Shown here: piece after piece, positions 43,398-57,431 of the stretch
Position numbering within the stretch: position 1 is the first letter of the stretch
Layout of the letters: each line of letters opens with the position of its first letter
From: Octopus vulgaris
Taxonomy: Eukaryota
Direction: 5' to 3'
NCBI GenBank assembly: GCA_951406725.2
Contig: OX597823.1
Location: 92,318,001-92,382,000, forward strand
Length of the DNA stretch: 64,000 nucleotides
Translations under genes and position numbers: made by a program
The notes under the pieces: generated by a model
What the model saw: only the letters and a program-made list of their open reading frames with translations
Database searches by the model: none
Told to the model about the DNA's origin: nothing

Positions 43398-44000
43398 GAT
43401 TTCAAATTTTTACACAAGCCCTATAGTTTCGAGGAGAGGGAATAAGTCGATTACATCGACCCCAGTGTTCAACTGGTACTTATTTCATCGAATCCAAATA
43501 ATAAAATGCGATACCGACCTCAGTGGGATTTGAACTCAAAATATAAGTTGGATGAAATGCTGAAACGATTCTGCCAATTTGTAGTCTTTTGTTTTATTCA
43601 ATATGAAATGGCTGGAAGGCGGCGAGCTGGCAGAATCGTTAGCACGCCGGGCGAAATGTGTAGCCGTATTTCATCTGTATTTACTTTCTGTGTTCAAATT
43701 CCGCCGAAGTCGACTTTGCCTTTCATCCTTTCGGGGTCGGTTAAATAAGTACCAGTTACTGGGGTCGATATAATCGACTTAATCCGTTTGTCTGTCTTTG
43801 TTTGTCCTCTCTGTGTTTAGCCCCTTGTGGGTAGTAAAGAAATATGTATTTCATCTCTCTTTATTTCAAATTCCGCCGAGTCAACGTTGCGTTTCATCCT
43901 TCCAGGTCGATAACATAAGTACCAGTCGCGTAATGTGGTTGATGTAGTCGACTGGCCCACTCTCCAAAAATTTCGGGCCTTGTGCCTAGAGTAGAAGAGA
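43398..44000. mobile_element. SINE family A: minus monomer (43398-43580) head-to-head with a plus dimer (43618-44000)
   Basis: Family A cores on opposite strands. Confidence 0.8.
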
Positions 44001-44558
44001 ATATGAAATGATTGGATGGTTGGAAATTATTTGTAGCCTTCAGTTGTTCCTGCTGGGAAATCCAAACAGAATATGTAATGAATCCTATTCTTAATAGGAC
44101 AATATGGACAAAGTACCTGACGACTCATCACCAACGAAGCTCCCAGGAATAATGGGCTGAGAAACTGGATGGACGGAGAGTTTCACAATATCTAAAACCT
44201 TCTTCGGTCGAAGTTGATGTGCATGCGTATAAATATCTTTGGTCCCGGGTATGATTCCGAGTAAGTTTGTCAGTTATCCACGCATGCGTGTCTCACTTCT
44301 CCAGGGACAAGGTTGTCAACGCATGCAGGTACATCTTGGCACCAGGCATTGCTGTTAGAATGTGAAGACACAGAGCGTATAATTAATAGGCATTTCTATC
44401 ATTTTCACCGATCTACCGTCCCGGTTTGGTAATTCTTTATAAAGCTCAAAATTATGAAACACGAAGGTGGCTTCGGCAGGATTTGAACCAACAGCGCACA
44501 ATCAGAAACTGCAGCCTTATTCAAATTGTAAGGAATTCAACACTGTGCAATTTATAGA

Positions 44559-44622
<64 letters not shown>

Positions 44623-44760
44623 TCATGCTAATATCGTATAAAGAATGCGAAGCCATGCCAAGAGGGAAATTGATCATGTTCGTGATATTGACGACGATAA
44701 CGAGGGGGAGTGGAAGACACAGTTGTTGAAGATGATAAAATTGATGACGCCTATAGCGGA

Positions 44761-44990
<230 letters not shown>

Positions 44991-45904
44991 TTATTAATGA
45001 TATTGCGTTGACACTATCATGATGACAGTGAACTTTAAAATAGATATTCATGATAAATGATGCTTAAATGCCTAAAGTTATAAAACTATAAAATTCCCCA
45101 TTTGTAGTTATAATACATATGAGCAAGCGTACTTTATGTACGAGATGACATACAATAATAACATACACGGCAGAACAATCTTTGATTAAAAGTACCTCGC
45201 ACCATCGCCAGCTCCATTCCACATCTTACCCTCCGCTTCTCATGACCCACAAACATACTTGTCATTTGTTGCCGATATTCGCATTTAATTCATATTTATG
45301 CTGCCCACACGTAACCTGCCGATGCTTGTAAACCATCCTTCCTATCAGCACCACGTCAGGAAATATAACAATGCCGAACGATAGATTACATTTTAGTTGT
45401 TTTCTGTATTCAAATGTATACAGTGAGTAAATTGCCTTCCATTTGAATTAATCGCTGTTGGATTATGTTTAGATCCATCTAGGTCAAAATTGTTTCAGCC
45501 GTTAGGTGACAAATTAATCTGATATTATAAATATCCTTGTATATCAATATAAACACCGCCTTATCGTTTGAAATAAAAGAAAATTCCTAAACCTAGTTCT
45601 AGGCCAAACCAAAGTAGAGGTCTTAACTACTACCGGGAAAGAGGAATATACAATTTGAAATGTAAATTTGCTGTTTTGCAAGATAACTTACGATAAAAAC
45701 TAACAGGTAGTAAAAAATATCATACGATTTAATTATACACAAGTAATATAATTTTGAAATAAATTTTTTTTCCTCCTCCCCCCCACCTCCCTTTCATCCT
45801 CTTCCTCCTCCTCTTCCTCTTCCTCCTCCTCTTCCTCCTCCTCCACTTCCTCATTGTTATTATTATTAGTACAGTTATTATTATTACTTTTACTATTATT
45901 GTTA

Positions 45905-45962
<58 letters not shown>

Positions 45963-45964
45963 CA

Positions 45965-46051
<87 letters not shown>

Positions 46052-46052
<1 letters not shown>

Positions 46053-48423
46053 GTGATGAAATCTCAAAGTTTATTTTGCTGGGTATAATGGAAAGTGATA
46101 GCTGTCCACAGCCAGCAGACTCAGGTGACACTTGTTTTACTGATCATACTTCAAGAACTCTACGAAGAATTCTTGCAGTTCCGAGCAACGCTGATTTTTG
46201 CAAGTATTCTACCTTCACACTTGCACCGATCTTTTTCAGCCATGATGGTAGTTGAGTGCTGATATTTCAATTACATCAATTCCTACTGTTATCATGTCTA
46301 CTCTCCTCATTGCCCTCAACTTTTGTATTTCCCACTGCAATACATCATAGTTGCTTATTTGGTCTTCTTTCCCATTGATCCTATTGTCAGTAAATCATGC
46401 TATGTCGATCATCATGCGTGTTCTTTCGTTTTTATTCACCTCAACAATATCCAGTTTCCGATCTCTTCTCAAATGATCGCATTGGATCATTGCATCCCAC
46501 AGGTTTTGCAGTTCTTATTCTCGGTGACTCCTTTCTGGGATTTGATCATACCTCGTCTTTGTTCTTTGTAGGCTAAGATTTCCACAGAGTTCCCAATGGA
46601 TCATTCTTACCACATTGTCATGGCGTCTCTTTGTTATGTCGCACGTTCGGATGCCTTCCACTCAACTCGACCCCACTCTACTCTTCTCTCCCTCAGCTGT
46701 GCTCTCTTCTCTACTCTCACTACTACTCAACTGTTCTGTCGACTGCTACTCTTGACGTCTAGACTTCTCCCTCTATATCTACGTATTGGACTAGTCTACT
46801 TCATCGTCTGGGGGCGTCAACACAACACTTTTATATTCGCGGTGTGTCAATTACGGGCATTCGCTGACGATATGCCATACCGTTTCACCCCTCTCACTAC
46901 ACATTCTGCATTTGTCACTGTCAGTAGTGTTATCGATTCTGCACTTCATATAATTGGTCCTTAACGCTTGTTCTTGAGCTGCGCATGAGCGCTTCTATTT
47001 TTATCTTTCTCATCCATAGCAATCGGTCCTTTGCATCCCTTTTGGCGTTCACATTTCAGGTAATGTGACCGCACAGTTTTCCTTCTATACTTTTTCTTTT
47101 TTGTATTCATTTCTTGTTCAAATTTTTCTTTCATTACACAATTTTCAGTTCTAATGACTACGACCTTCTTCCTAGATCTCGAAAATGGCTCTACGGCCAT
47201 CTAAGATGTTTTCCTCAGCTTCGATACACTTCTGATAACTGATCAAGTCCTGGACAAGTACAGTCTAGCGGTGTCATTCTTAGGGTGGACGGCTCTGTGT
47301 ACTCTCAACATTTTTCTGGTCTTGGTTTCTATTTTCGTCACTCCTCTCGTTTGCTATTTTATAATCCCCGCTCCATACCGAAATGATGCTATCGGCGCCG
47401 TATTAACTGCTTGAATTTTATTCCATCGAGTCAATTTTGAGCGCAACACCAACTTCAGTCTTCGAAAACACTCCATCCTCACTGGTTCTTTCATTTCCTT
47501 CTGCGTTCTCTCGTTGAACTCTAGTACCACCACGCTATTTGTAACCTTCAGTCTCAATATGGAGGTACATGCGCTTTTGAGATTTTTCCTTCACTTGCTA
47601 CTCCAGGTTCATTTTCCTATGTACCAATGTCAGGTGTATTATGCAGAGAACTAAAAGCAACGGTGATAATCTATCACCCTGGAAAATCCCTCTTCCGATG
47701 CCCCGGGTGCTCAAGCCATTTCCGAGAGATGTCAGTTCAATTTTACACCTCACCATACTTCTGTTTAGGAAACATGTTACATTCCTCCCATTTCCAAACA
47801 GATCTAAGCCCTCGGTGGTCCACAAATGTGGAATCATATCATAAGCTTTACGATAGTCAATCCATGCCAGATTTGTTCTTCGTTAACAATCTTGCATAAC
47901 CCTTTTGTCTGTCAATAATTGATCTTTGCTATCTCGGCATCTCCCGCTACAGTCTTTTTGTTTCGTCGTTCCCAAGAAATTTATGAAGTTCTGCAATTCC
48001 TCCTATCAGTAACTTCCACATTAATGGGAAGGAAGAAATTGGTCTGTAATTGTCAGCAGCATTTCCCTTTGATGCATCCACAAAACTGTTCGTCCTTTTG
48101 TCAACCAGCCCGTAGTATTCTCTCCATTGATCAATGTATCAAATTGCTCTACGATCAGTTTATGGCAACTACTGAACATTTTTTATCGCAAATCCCTGTA
48201 CAACGTCAAGTCCTGTGGTTTTCCAATTGCTTATCTTTTTACTTATATTTCTGATACTGCCTTCTGTGAAATGGAGATCCTCTTGCTGGGGATAAGAAGC
48301 TGCTTGTTTCAGACTGCAGAGCCATTCAGCTGCACCTATCATCAGCATCAGGAATTAATCTTTCACGGTTCTTGATAAAACCGTTTTTGGTGGGTTCTAA
48401 ACAGTTTGATTTGTTGGTATTGC

Positions 48424-48424
<1 letters not shown>
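46052..48424 (-). mobile_element. Decayed R4/Dong-type element (RT plus RLE)
   Basis: [61 protein letters not shown]; (ATT)n on both sides. Confidence 0.87.
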
Positions 48425-48522
<98 letters not shown>

Positions 48523-48613
48523 TGTAGTAGTAGTAGTAGAAGTATTGATCAAGCATCGTAGAATACAGTATATGGAGCAGCTTTTTTCCGAACACTTATG
48601 TTTTGAGTTATAG

Positions 48614-48678
<65 letters not shown>

Positions 48679-49389
48679 TATAGATATATAATCCCAATAA
48701 ACGAAGAAAAATCACAAGAAGAAAAAATAACAACACAAGACGAGGACGTTGTACAAAGTATTAAAAGACATTCAGGAAAGGAAAGAAAGTTGGTTTTATA
48801 TTTCGAGCAAATTTCTTTTTCAGGAACAGGAGACAGGGGAATGTCCAAGAGAAAAAGAAGAGGGGGCATAAAAATCGCCAACAATCTACATGTACTTAGA
48901 TTTTGAAAGGAGAATGGATGAAGAAAGAATTCTTCCTAAGACAGGAGAGTATAAGAGAAAGAGGCATCTCTGTGTATGTGTATATATGTGCGCGCGTAAA
49001 AATTGGTCTGTAATTGTCAGCAGCATTTCCCTTTGATGCATCCACAAAACTGTTCGTCCTTTTGTCAACCAGCCCGTAGTATTCTCTCCATTGATCAATG
49101 TATCAAATTGCGTGTGTGTATCAGTTTATGGCAACTACTGAACATTTTTTATCGCAAATCCCTGTACAACGTCAAGTCCTGTGGTTTTCCAATTGCTTAT
49201 CTTTTTACTTATATTTCTGATACTGCCTTCTGTGAAATGGAGATCCTCTTGCTGGGGATAAGAAGCTGCTTGTTTCAGACTGCAGAGCCATTCAGCTGCA
49301 CCTATCATCAGCATCAGGAATTAATCTTTCACGGTTCTTGATAAAACCGTTTTTGGTGGGTTCTAAACAGTTTGATTTGTTGGTATTGC

Positions 49390-49431
<42 letters not shown>

Positions 49432-49456
49432 TTATTATTATTATTATTATTATTAT

Positions 49457-49508
<52 letters not shown>

Positions 49509-49595
49509 TGTAGTAGTAGTAGAAGTATTGATCAAGCATCGTAGAATACAGTATATGGAGCAGCTTTTTTCCGAACACTTATGTTTTGAGTTATA

Positions 49596-49678
<83 letters not shown>

Positions 49679-50005
49679 ATAATCCCAATAAACGAAGAAA
49701 AATCACAAGAAGAAAAAATAACAACACAAGACGAGGACGTTGAAAAATATTAAAAGACATAATCAGATAAGGAAAGAAAGTTAATGGTTTAACAATATAC
49801 AATTTCGAGCAAATATAAGGATCTTATACGATTCAGGAACAGGAGACAGGGGAATGTCCAAGAGAAAAAGAAGAGGGGGCATAAAAATCGCCAACAATCT
49901 ACATGTACTTAGATTTTGAAAGGAGAATGGATGAAGAAAGAATTCTTCCTAAGACAGGAGAGTATAAGAGAAAGAGGCATCTCTGTGTATGTGTATATAT
50001 GTGCG
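48036..50005. repeat. ~960-bp tandem duplication (possible assembly artefact)
   Basis: 48036-48997 is repeated at ~48999-50005; differences are clustered indels and microsatellite length. Confidence 0.85.
48690..48900 (-). mobile_element. Penelope pLTR-like repeat with decayed HHR (duplicated at 49680-49900)
   Basis: Minus strand CTGAAAAAGAAATTTGCTCGAAATATAAAACC at ~48792-48825; related to the 4600 and 54660 repeats. Confidence 0.5.
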
Positions 50006-51455
50006 CGCGTGAGCGCGTGTTTCTGTGTGTGTGTAATAGCATGTGAGTGTGTATGCGTGTGGCTGTAACTGAGTGCGTGTTTGTATATGCGGGCGTTGGT
50101 AACTGTGTGTGTGGGTGCTTTGTGTGTGTGTTATTAACTGTTTATATGTGTTTGTGTGAGTGAACTTCGTGTCTGTTAATGTTGCAGGAAGTATCCAGTT
50201 GCTATGGTAACAGAAGTGGTGATCTTTCATGTAGTTCCGTGTTTCTTTACATGTCCGTTGATAGGATGGTCAGTAAAAAGCTTTTTGACTAACAATGTGA
50301 AGGGTGGTGTGTATGTATGTGTATGTTGGGTGTGTGTGTGTGCGTGTATGTGCGTGAGTGTGTGTGTTTGTATATATGTGTGTATGGGGTTATAAATTGG
50401 ATTGTATATGTGGAGGTATATGTGCGTGCCTGTGTGTGTGTCCGTGTATGTGCCTGTGTGTATGTGCGTGTGTGTACACACATGTGCAATCGATTAAACG
50501 GGCGCTGTATGGGCAGTTTGGACGAGGGTGGATGGGCATCCTCAATATACATATACATACATACATACATACATATATGTGCGCATATATTGTGCGTGTT
50601 GTGTGTGTGCGTGCTGTGTTTGAGAGTGTGCATATGTGTGCGTGTATGTGCGTAAGTGTGTGTGAGTGTTTGTATATGTGTGTGTATGGTGTTATAAACG
50701 GGATTGTATATTTGGAGGTATATGTGCCTCCCATTTGTGTATGTGCGTGTGTGTATGCACATGTATATGTAATTATGTGCGTGTATGTACGAGTGTGCGT
50801 GTGTGTGTGTTATGTATGTGTATGTTGTGTGTGTGCGCGCATGTATGCGTGTGTGGTGTGTGCGTGGTGTGTTTGAGAGTGTGTATATATGTGTCCGCGT
50901 GTGTATGTGTACGTGTGTGTATGTGCATATGTGTATGTGTGTGTGGGGGGATTATATGCGCGTTCTTGTACGTATGTGTGTGTATGTGCGTGTACGTGCG
51001 TGTACGCGCACGTGTGTGTATGCGTGTGTGTATTAGTGCGTGCGTGTATGTACGTGTTTGTATGTGTGTGCATGTATATGTGTGTTGTGTGCGTGTGTGC
51101 GTGCGCGTATGTAAGTGTGTATGTATGTATGCGCGTGTGTGTATATATATATATATATATAAATAAAATAAAATAAAGTAAAATAAGATTGATAAAAATA
51201 ATAGAGAAACAAGGAAAAATAAGAATAAAAAATAGAAAATGCTTAAAAGATGATGAAAAATAAATAAAAATAATAGATACAAGATAAAAGATATAAATTA
51301 ATGGGATAAATTAACAATTAATACAATTATTGAATGAAATATAAGGATCAAATATACGATTACACCTGGAAAAATGCGATAAAGAAATGAAAAACAACAA
51401 ATAAAAGTGTAAAAAAGTGAGTGAATTAATATAAGATACGATAAACTGTTACTTT

Positions 51456-52145
51456 TTAAGGGAGTGTAGAGACAGTCATTGAGAGGAGAGGGTTGTGCTG
51501 AGTGCGAAAGGAGTTTGCGTTTGTAGACTGAAAATGTAACGCTGTTCCAGGCGGAGTTGTGTGTGTGGATCCATAGCACAGGGTGACGCTGAAGATGGAG
51601 ATATTAGAGGTGGAGTGGTTGGCCAAGTGGAAATGATGGGCGACGGGGGTGTCTGTACGTAGCCGAACATCTTGTAGATGCTCGGTCACCCGGTAGGCCA
51701 CCTGGCGGCCAGTCTGACAAACGTAGAGTTTGTTGCAGCGATTACATCTAATGCAATACATAAGCCTGGAAGAAATGCAGGACAAGGACTTTCGAATGTG
51801 GAGGGTGTGCTGGTTGGTTCCAGTAAGGGAGGTGGTGTTGGTGATGAAAGGGCAGTTGTGGCGGCGGGATCTAGAGCAAAGGAAGGATCCGGGTGGGGCT
51901 GGGATGAAAGCAGCGAAAGTGTTAAGGACCAGTAGACAGGGTTGGTTTTTGGAAAATGGGGTGGGGGTGGTACGACGGAAAGCTCCCAGAATCCTCCGAC
52001 GAGGAGTATGGTGGACGGGTGGAAAAGGAGGGAAAATTGGGTGCGGTTGGTGGATGGGTGTTGGGAAGGGGAAAGGGAGGTGGTGCAATCGATTAAACGG
52101 GCGCTGGCAAGGGCAGTTTGGACGAGGGTGGATGGGCATCCTCAA
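51456..52145 (-). mobile_element. Penelope-like element 3' remnant: GIY-YIG endonuclease pseudogene
   Basis: CSRSRRHNC, LMYCIRCNRCNKLYVCQTGR, RVTEH, PVAHHF, frameshifted LRLEQRYIFSLQT. Confidence 0.88.
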
Positions 52146-52233
52146 TATACATATACATACATACATACATACATACATAATACATACATACATACATATA
52201 TATATATATATCTTATATATATCTTATATATAT

Positions 52234-52280
<47 letters not shown>

Positions 52281-52344
52281 TATATATATATATATCTTAA
52301 AAATATTGTTTAAATATTTCTGATTATATTTTAGATATTTCAGT

Positions 52345-52407
52345 CATCTGAAGATTGACTGTAACTCGAACTTTTACGAATTGGACAGCCATGAAACGAT
52401 CGTAGTG
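52345..52407 (+). ncRNA. Hammerhead-like motif with long stem II
   Basis: CAT-CTGAAGA-TTGACTGT...ACAGCCAT-GAAA-CGATCG-TA-GTG; palindromic stem III ACGATCGT. Confidence 0.5.
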
Positions 52408-52534
52408 TTATACCCATTATCTTTTTTTAATAATTTTGATATATATTTAAAATAATATAAATTAATTAATCTTATGCATTGGCTTAAGTTTTTCATTGTA
52501 TGATTTGCCTAATAGTGGTTTTATCTCTAATTAA

Positions 52535-52592
<58 letters not shown>

Positions 52593-53466
52593 AAAACACC
52601 CTGAAGATTGCGATAGTCACGAAATTACAAATAATATTTGAAAACATATTCTCTTTCTGTACAGACCGGTGCCAAAATAAACCATAGTACGATGGGTGGG
52701 GATCCCTGATCTATATTAATTTCTATGAAAATCAAATTTTCTGTCAGTTGTAGAACACAAACTTTTGCGATAAAGAAAGGAAGTGTGTCACGCGCATGAC
52801 TTTTGTATATGGTAAAAAAAAAAAACCAAGAAAACAGAAGGAAAAATGTAGTTTGTTGTTCCGAAAATCATCAAAAATAATTGACGTGTAATAGTCAGTC
52901 TGGAAATATCTAAGAAAATAGATATTCTAAAATGCACGTAGAGATCTGTAACTGATGAAACGTTGACATGGATGTACCATATAAAGAATCTAGTTTTTCA
53001 CGTCGTCATTTATTTATCAAACTGCAAATCTTGTTGGAAATTCTCGCAGTTTCTAATTCAAGGCAAAGGTGATTCACTGCACAAGTGATTGATCACATGA
53101 CTGATGGATGACATAGGTTATTGATGAGATGCGACAAACTTTCCAGAGATGAGTATAAAAGGATTGAAAAGATTTTTCTCTCTTTGTTTGCTTCTTTTTC
53201 TTTTTTTGTTTGTTTCAAATATGGAAATTGTTTCTGCTAAGTGATCTGCTGATATATGTTGCAGTCTTAGCATTGTACATTTTCATTCATAACAGTTCAT
53301 AACTTCTGCAAACATCATGATAGATTAAAGCAATATTTTAGACATCACCTCAATAGTTTTTGTTGAGGGACGTACGTGTCATGCCGATTTTATTTTACAT
53401 ACATGTTCACATACATGCACACAAACTCATACATATATATACAAACGTACATATATACACACACAT

Positions 53467-53502
<36 letters not shown>

Positions 53503-53522
53503 GTATATGTATATATGTATAC

Positions 53523-53573
<51 letters not shown>

Positions 53574-54389
53574 TGTAGAATGTAGTACAGACGTGTATAC
53601 AGCTACTCAAATGTGTACACATATACCTCACCACTATTTATGCGCATACATATACACATGTTTCCATTTTATTGTTTCTGTACTCATACAAAGTGATGCA
53701 TATTTAAAAACATACACGTTTATACGTGTATATATACACATAAATATATTCAGTATGTGTGTGGTTGTGGTTGTATATTATTAAGTGTATATCTGTGTAT
53801 GTATAAATATGCGGTACAAATACGTTGGACGGGTAAGTGATATAACCATATGGCACACAGTGGCACGCTACTCAGCAATATGTATTTTGATATACGTACT
53901 TACATGCTAATATATACACACATATATGCAGGTATATAAGGACGTAAGCTCGTGTGATTGGGTTTCTTTCGCTTTGTAAGCTGAGAAGAAAAGCATTCGT
54001 TAGTAGAATATTGCGTACATACATACATGTATACACACATACACACACACACACACACATATACAAACAAACAAATATATACATATACATACATAATGCA
54101 TACACAAATGCATACATACATCATACATACATAAACACACATACATTCATACATACACAAACATAGATACAAACAAACATACATACATACATGCATACAT
54201 GCATACATACATACATACATTCATATATACGTATAGGGAAACGCACATAACACGCATATACTTACGCAGTAAATGTATCTCATTTTCTATCAATCAATCT
54301 ATATATCAATCTATCTATCGGTCTGTCTGTCTGTCTGTTTCTTTCTTCCTCTCTCTCTCTCCCTTTGACATGATAGATCGGTAAACATT

Positions 54390-54552
54390 ATACACATTTT
54401 TTTCTCTCCTTGTTTTCTGTGTCCCTTTCTGTAGAAGAGCGCAGGCTCGAAACGTAAAAGACTTTTTTCTATTCCTGAGAGTTATACTAATACATATGTT
54501 TGTTTTGTACACCACTTGTCTTCGTCTTTTGTTTTTTTCGTGAACTCTCCCT
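54390..54552 (+). mobile_element. pLTR-like repeat, second copy of the 4600 family, with HHR motif at 54425-54460
   Basis: CTTT-CTGTAGAA-GAGC gcag GCTC-GAAA-CG-TA-AAAG. Confidence 0.72.
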
Positions 54553-54659
54553 ATATATATATATTTATCTATCCATCTAATACACACACACACACACACA
54601 CACAACAAACGTATATATGTGGTTAATTCAACAAACAAACAATTCAATCAACACCAACA

Positions 54660-54830
54660 CAATGAAGGCAAAAATCAACAGACGTGAGGAGGTGTGCAGG
54701 AATTATATTAGTTTCACACTCGGTGAAAGGAGAGAGTTTTTAAAATTTCGAACATGGCTCTTCGTCGGGTAGGAGAATGGGAAAAGTTCAAGGAAGGAAA
54801 ATCGCCGACGGTTCACGTGTGGTTACATTT
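54660..54830 (-). mobile_element. pLTR-like repeat with decayed HHR
   Basis: Minus strand CCGACGAA-GAGC cat GTTC-GAAA; AAAATCGCC(G/A)AC shared with ~48870. Confidence 0.5.
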
Positions 54831-55661
54831 CGGAATGAAAATATGATTTAAGCTTTCTGCGACAGTGGAACACGGTTAACTAAATTGTCCAGTTAGTAAT
54901 ACTGAAATCAGAGTGAGTTTTTATTCTCTCATTGTGATTGGTAGAATTTATAAATCCGAATTAGAATGCCAGTTAAATTCGGTGCATTAGCAACAATTTA
55001 TTTAGCTTTCTCTTGTATCGAATAAGCTGGAAGAATGTAAACGCTGCGCATTGCACCCTGCATATTTAGTCGATGCTTAATCTGATCGATTAAACTGCCA
55101 GAAGCACTGAAAAAGCTACTCTCTTCAAAGCCAAAACCGTTTTATATGAACTGATAATGGGGTAGCAGTCTTACATGCAATCACTGCTCCATTTTATCGC
55201 CCCGTCTCCGCGTCTCTTACAAGGGGGAGCATCTTCATCAGATGTTCTTATCTTAATGACAGCTAGTAGTTATATGTATCTTCTGAAGAGAAAAAATTTA
55301 CCTTAATCTGCGATGTCGTTAAGTGCACCTTAATTACAAGCAGAAAGCAGAAATACTATTACCAGATATTTCAAAGAAAACGAATATCTGATAAAACCGT
55401 AGAGAATTATATGCTTTTGACCATTGCAGGAATTTAAATGAAGTAAATCTTTATTATATGAAATAAATCAAATATGCTTTATGTTCAGACTCACACAAAT
55501 ATTCAAACACTGTATAAATACATACGCACCTATGCACAAGTACACACATAAGCATATTTACATACAGACACTTACATAAATACATAAGTACTTATATACC
55601 CCTGCAAATATGTATGTATATATATGAATGCATACATACATATATATATATATACAGAGAA

Positions 55662-55697
<36 letters not shown>

Positions 55698-55700
55698 TGG

Positions 55701-55972
55701 TTGTATAATGTCAACTTAACGTGACAGTCCCGTAAAGGGAAATACCTCACCGCTATTTAGCCCTAGGAAGCATCGACGCTTCCTGTCGGCCTTGACACGT
55801 TTCCTGTGTTCTTACATATTTACGAAGGGGAGACAAACACCCCCAACAGCTAGGCCTGCATCTAGAGACATGTCTAGAGTAGCAAGGCCTGCTAGCTGAA
55901 GATATTTGTCTAGACTTCGTAAATATATATATATATTTTCAGTGAAGTTTATTCACTGATCACCAAAATCAG

Positions 55973-56025
<53 letters not shown>

Positions 56026-56171
56026 AGATACCTTTGCTCATATAATACAGTAAATGAATTGATTGCATCGCAATCCTTAACATTTATGTATTAACTTTGT
56101 TGGGTACTTCACTAGCAGTATATTGGATATATGTTATCCCATGGAGGGTTGCATTTACAACCCCTATCTCA

Positions 56172-56206
<35 letters not shown>

Positions 56207-56265
56207 CGAAGTCTCGACAAATAAATCCAGCTAGCAGGCCTTGCTACTCTAGACCGATGATACAA
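55701..56265. mobile_element. Sister family of the 59641 element: copy at 55701-55926 plus an inverted partial copy at 56200-56265
   Basis: GCTATTTAGCCCTAGGA...GACACGTTTCCTGTG...TATTTACGAAGGG aligns to 59695-59775; 56200-56253 is the reverse complement of 55873-55926. Confidence 0.65.
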
Positions 56266-56323
56266 CCACTCTATCGCTCCACCACCGCACATATCTGTAT
56301 GAAATATTTAGAAATTTAATATT

Positions 56324-56370
<47 letters not shown>

Positions 56371-56419
56371 GTAATATAATAAGAGTAAATAATAGTTTTA
56401 ATAGTTTTTAAAAACATCA

Positions 56420-56470
56420 ACAATTATCTACGGGTAGATTTCGGCATGTAAATATAGCCATTAACGGTAG
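56420..56470 (-). ncRNA. Degenerate hammerhead-like motif
   Basis: CCGTTAAT-GGC tatatttacat GCC-GAAA-TCTAC cc GTAGA-TA; 5' core decayed. Confidence 0.35.
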
Positions 56471-57431
56471 GAACTTTTGTAAAAAAGTTCAATATATATT
56501 TTTTGTATATAAATAAAAGAGGCAGCCAAGAGGTTGCTTAGCCGCATACCGGAAATTTAGAAATAGCAGTCAAAGACTGTTTATTTCTGTTTTCTACAAA
56601 TGAGACGACATATCCCTGTAATTCACATATGCAAAACATAAGGAAAAAATTACGAAAGCAAAGTCTAAGGGTTATTTGCGAACGCGTTTCTGGATTAGAA
56701 GTAAATCTTCATATCCTTCATCAACGTAACTCTCCACTTAGATTGATTTCACAAATGCTATACCTACCTCTACCTCCCGAGCTAGCGTCGTCGGAATAGT
56801 GGAAGACAGTTAGCATAGGCCAAATCTATATAGACGATTGAATTCGCATTTTCCTCCAAAATGTTACTCATATTATATTTACTCTTTTGCTCTTATTTAT
56901 TTACTCTTATTATATTACTAATAATGAAATTTTCACTCCCTTATGACAATCCATAGTTCTATCTCTTAGGAACTATATTTGTAATACGCATAGTAAAATA
57001 CGTCTAACATAAGGGTTGTCCACATAGTGGTCACCCCTCTCATCTGTATATAATGCAGTTTACTGAACGTTCAGATTTTATATGCTAGACCACTGGTGTT
57101 AAATAGATGTTAATTTAATTGATATCCAATTTCTACCTCTCATTTTAAAGTTATATATATATATATATATTTCTTAAACAAAAATATCATTTACTGTGAC
57201 ATTGAATTTTCGGTCAGCTTACACCATCGCCAGACTTCGAAGTCACTATTCGATAATAGTGTTCTTTAAGAATAATAAATCTGTACTCTTCAAAATATTG
57301 AGTAAACCTTCGGTGAAATGGTTTTTATTATAACTGGACACACACACACACGTACAAACACACACACGCACACAAACACGCACACACACACACACGCGCA
57401 CACACACACACTCATACACACACACATATAT

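Noticed and set aside
52950-52968. CTGATGAAACGTT hammerhead-like words
   Set aside because: No stem II or stem I; could arise by chance
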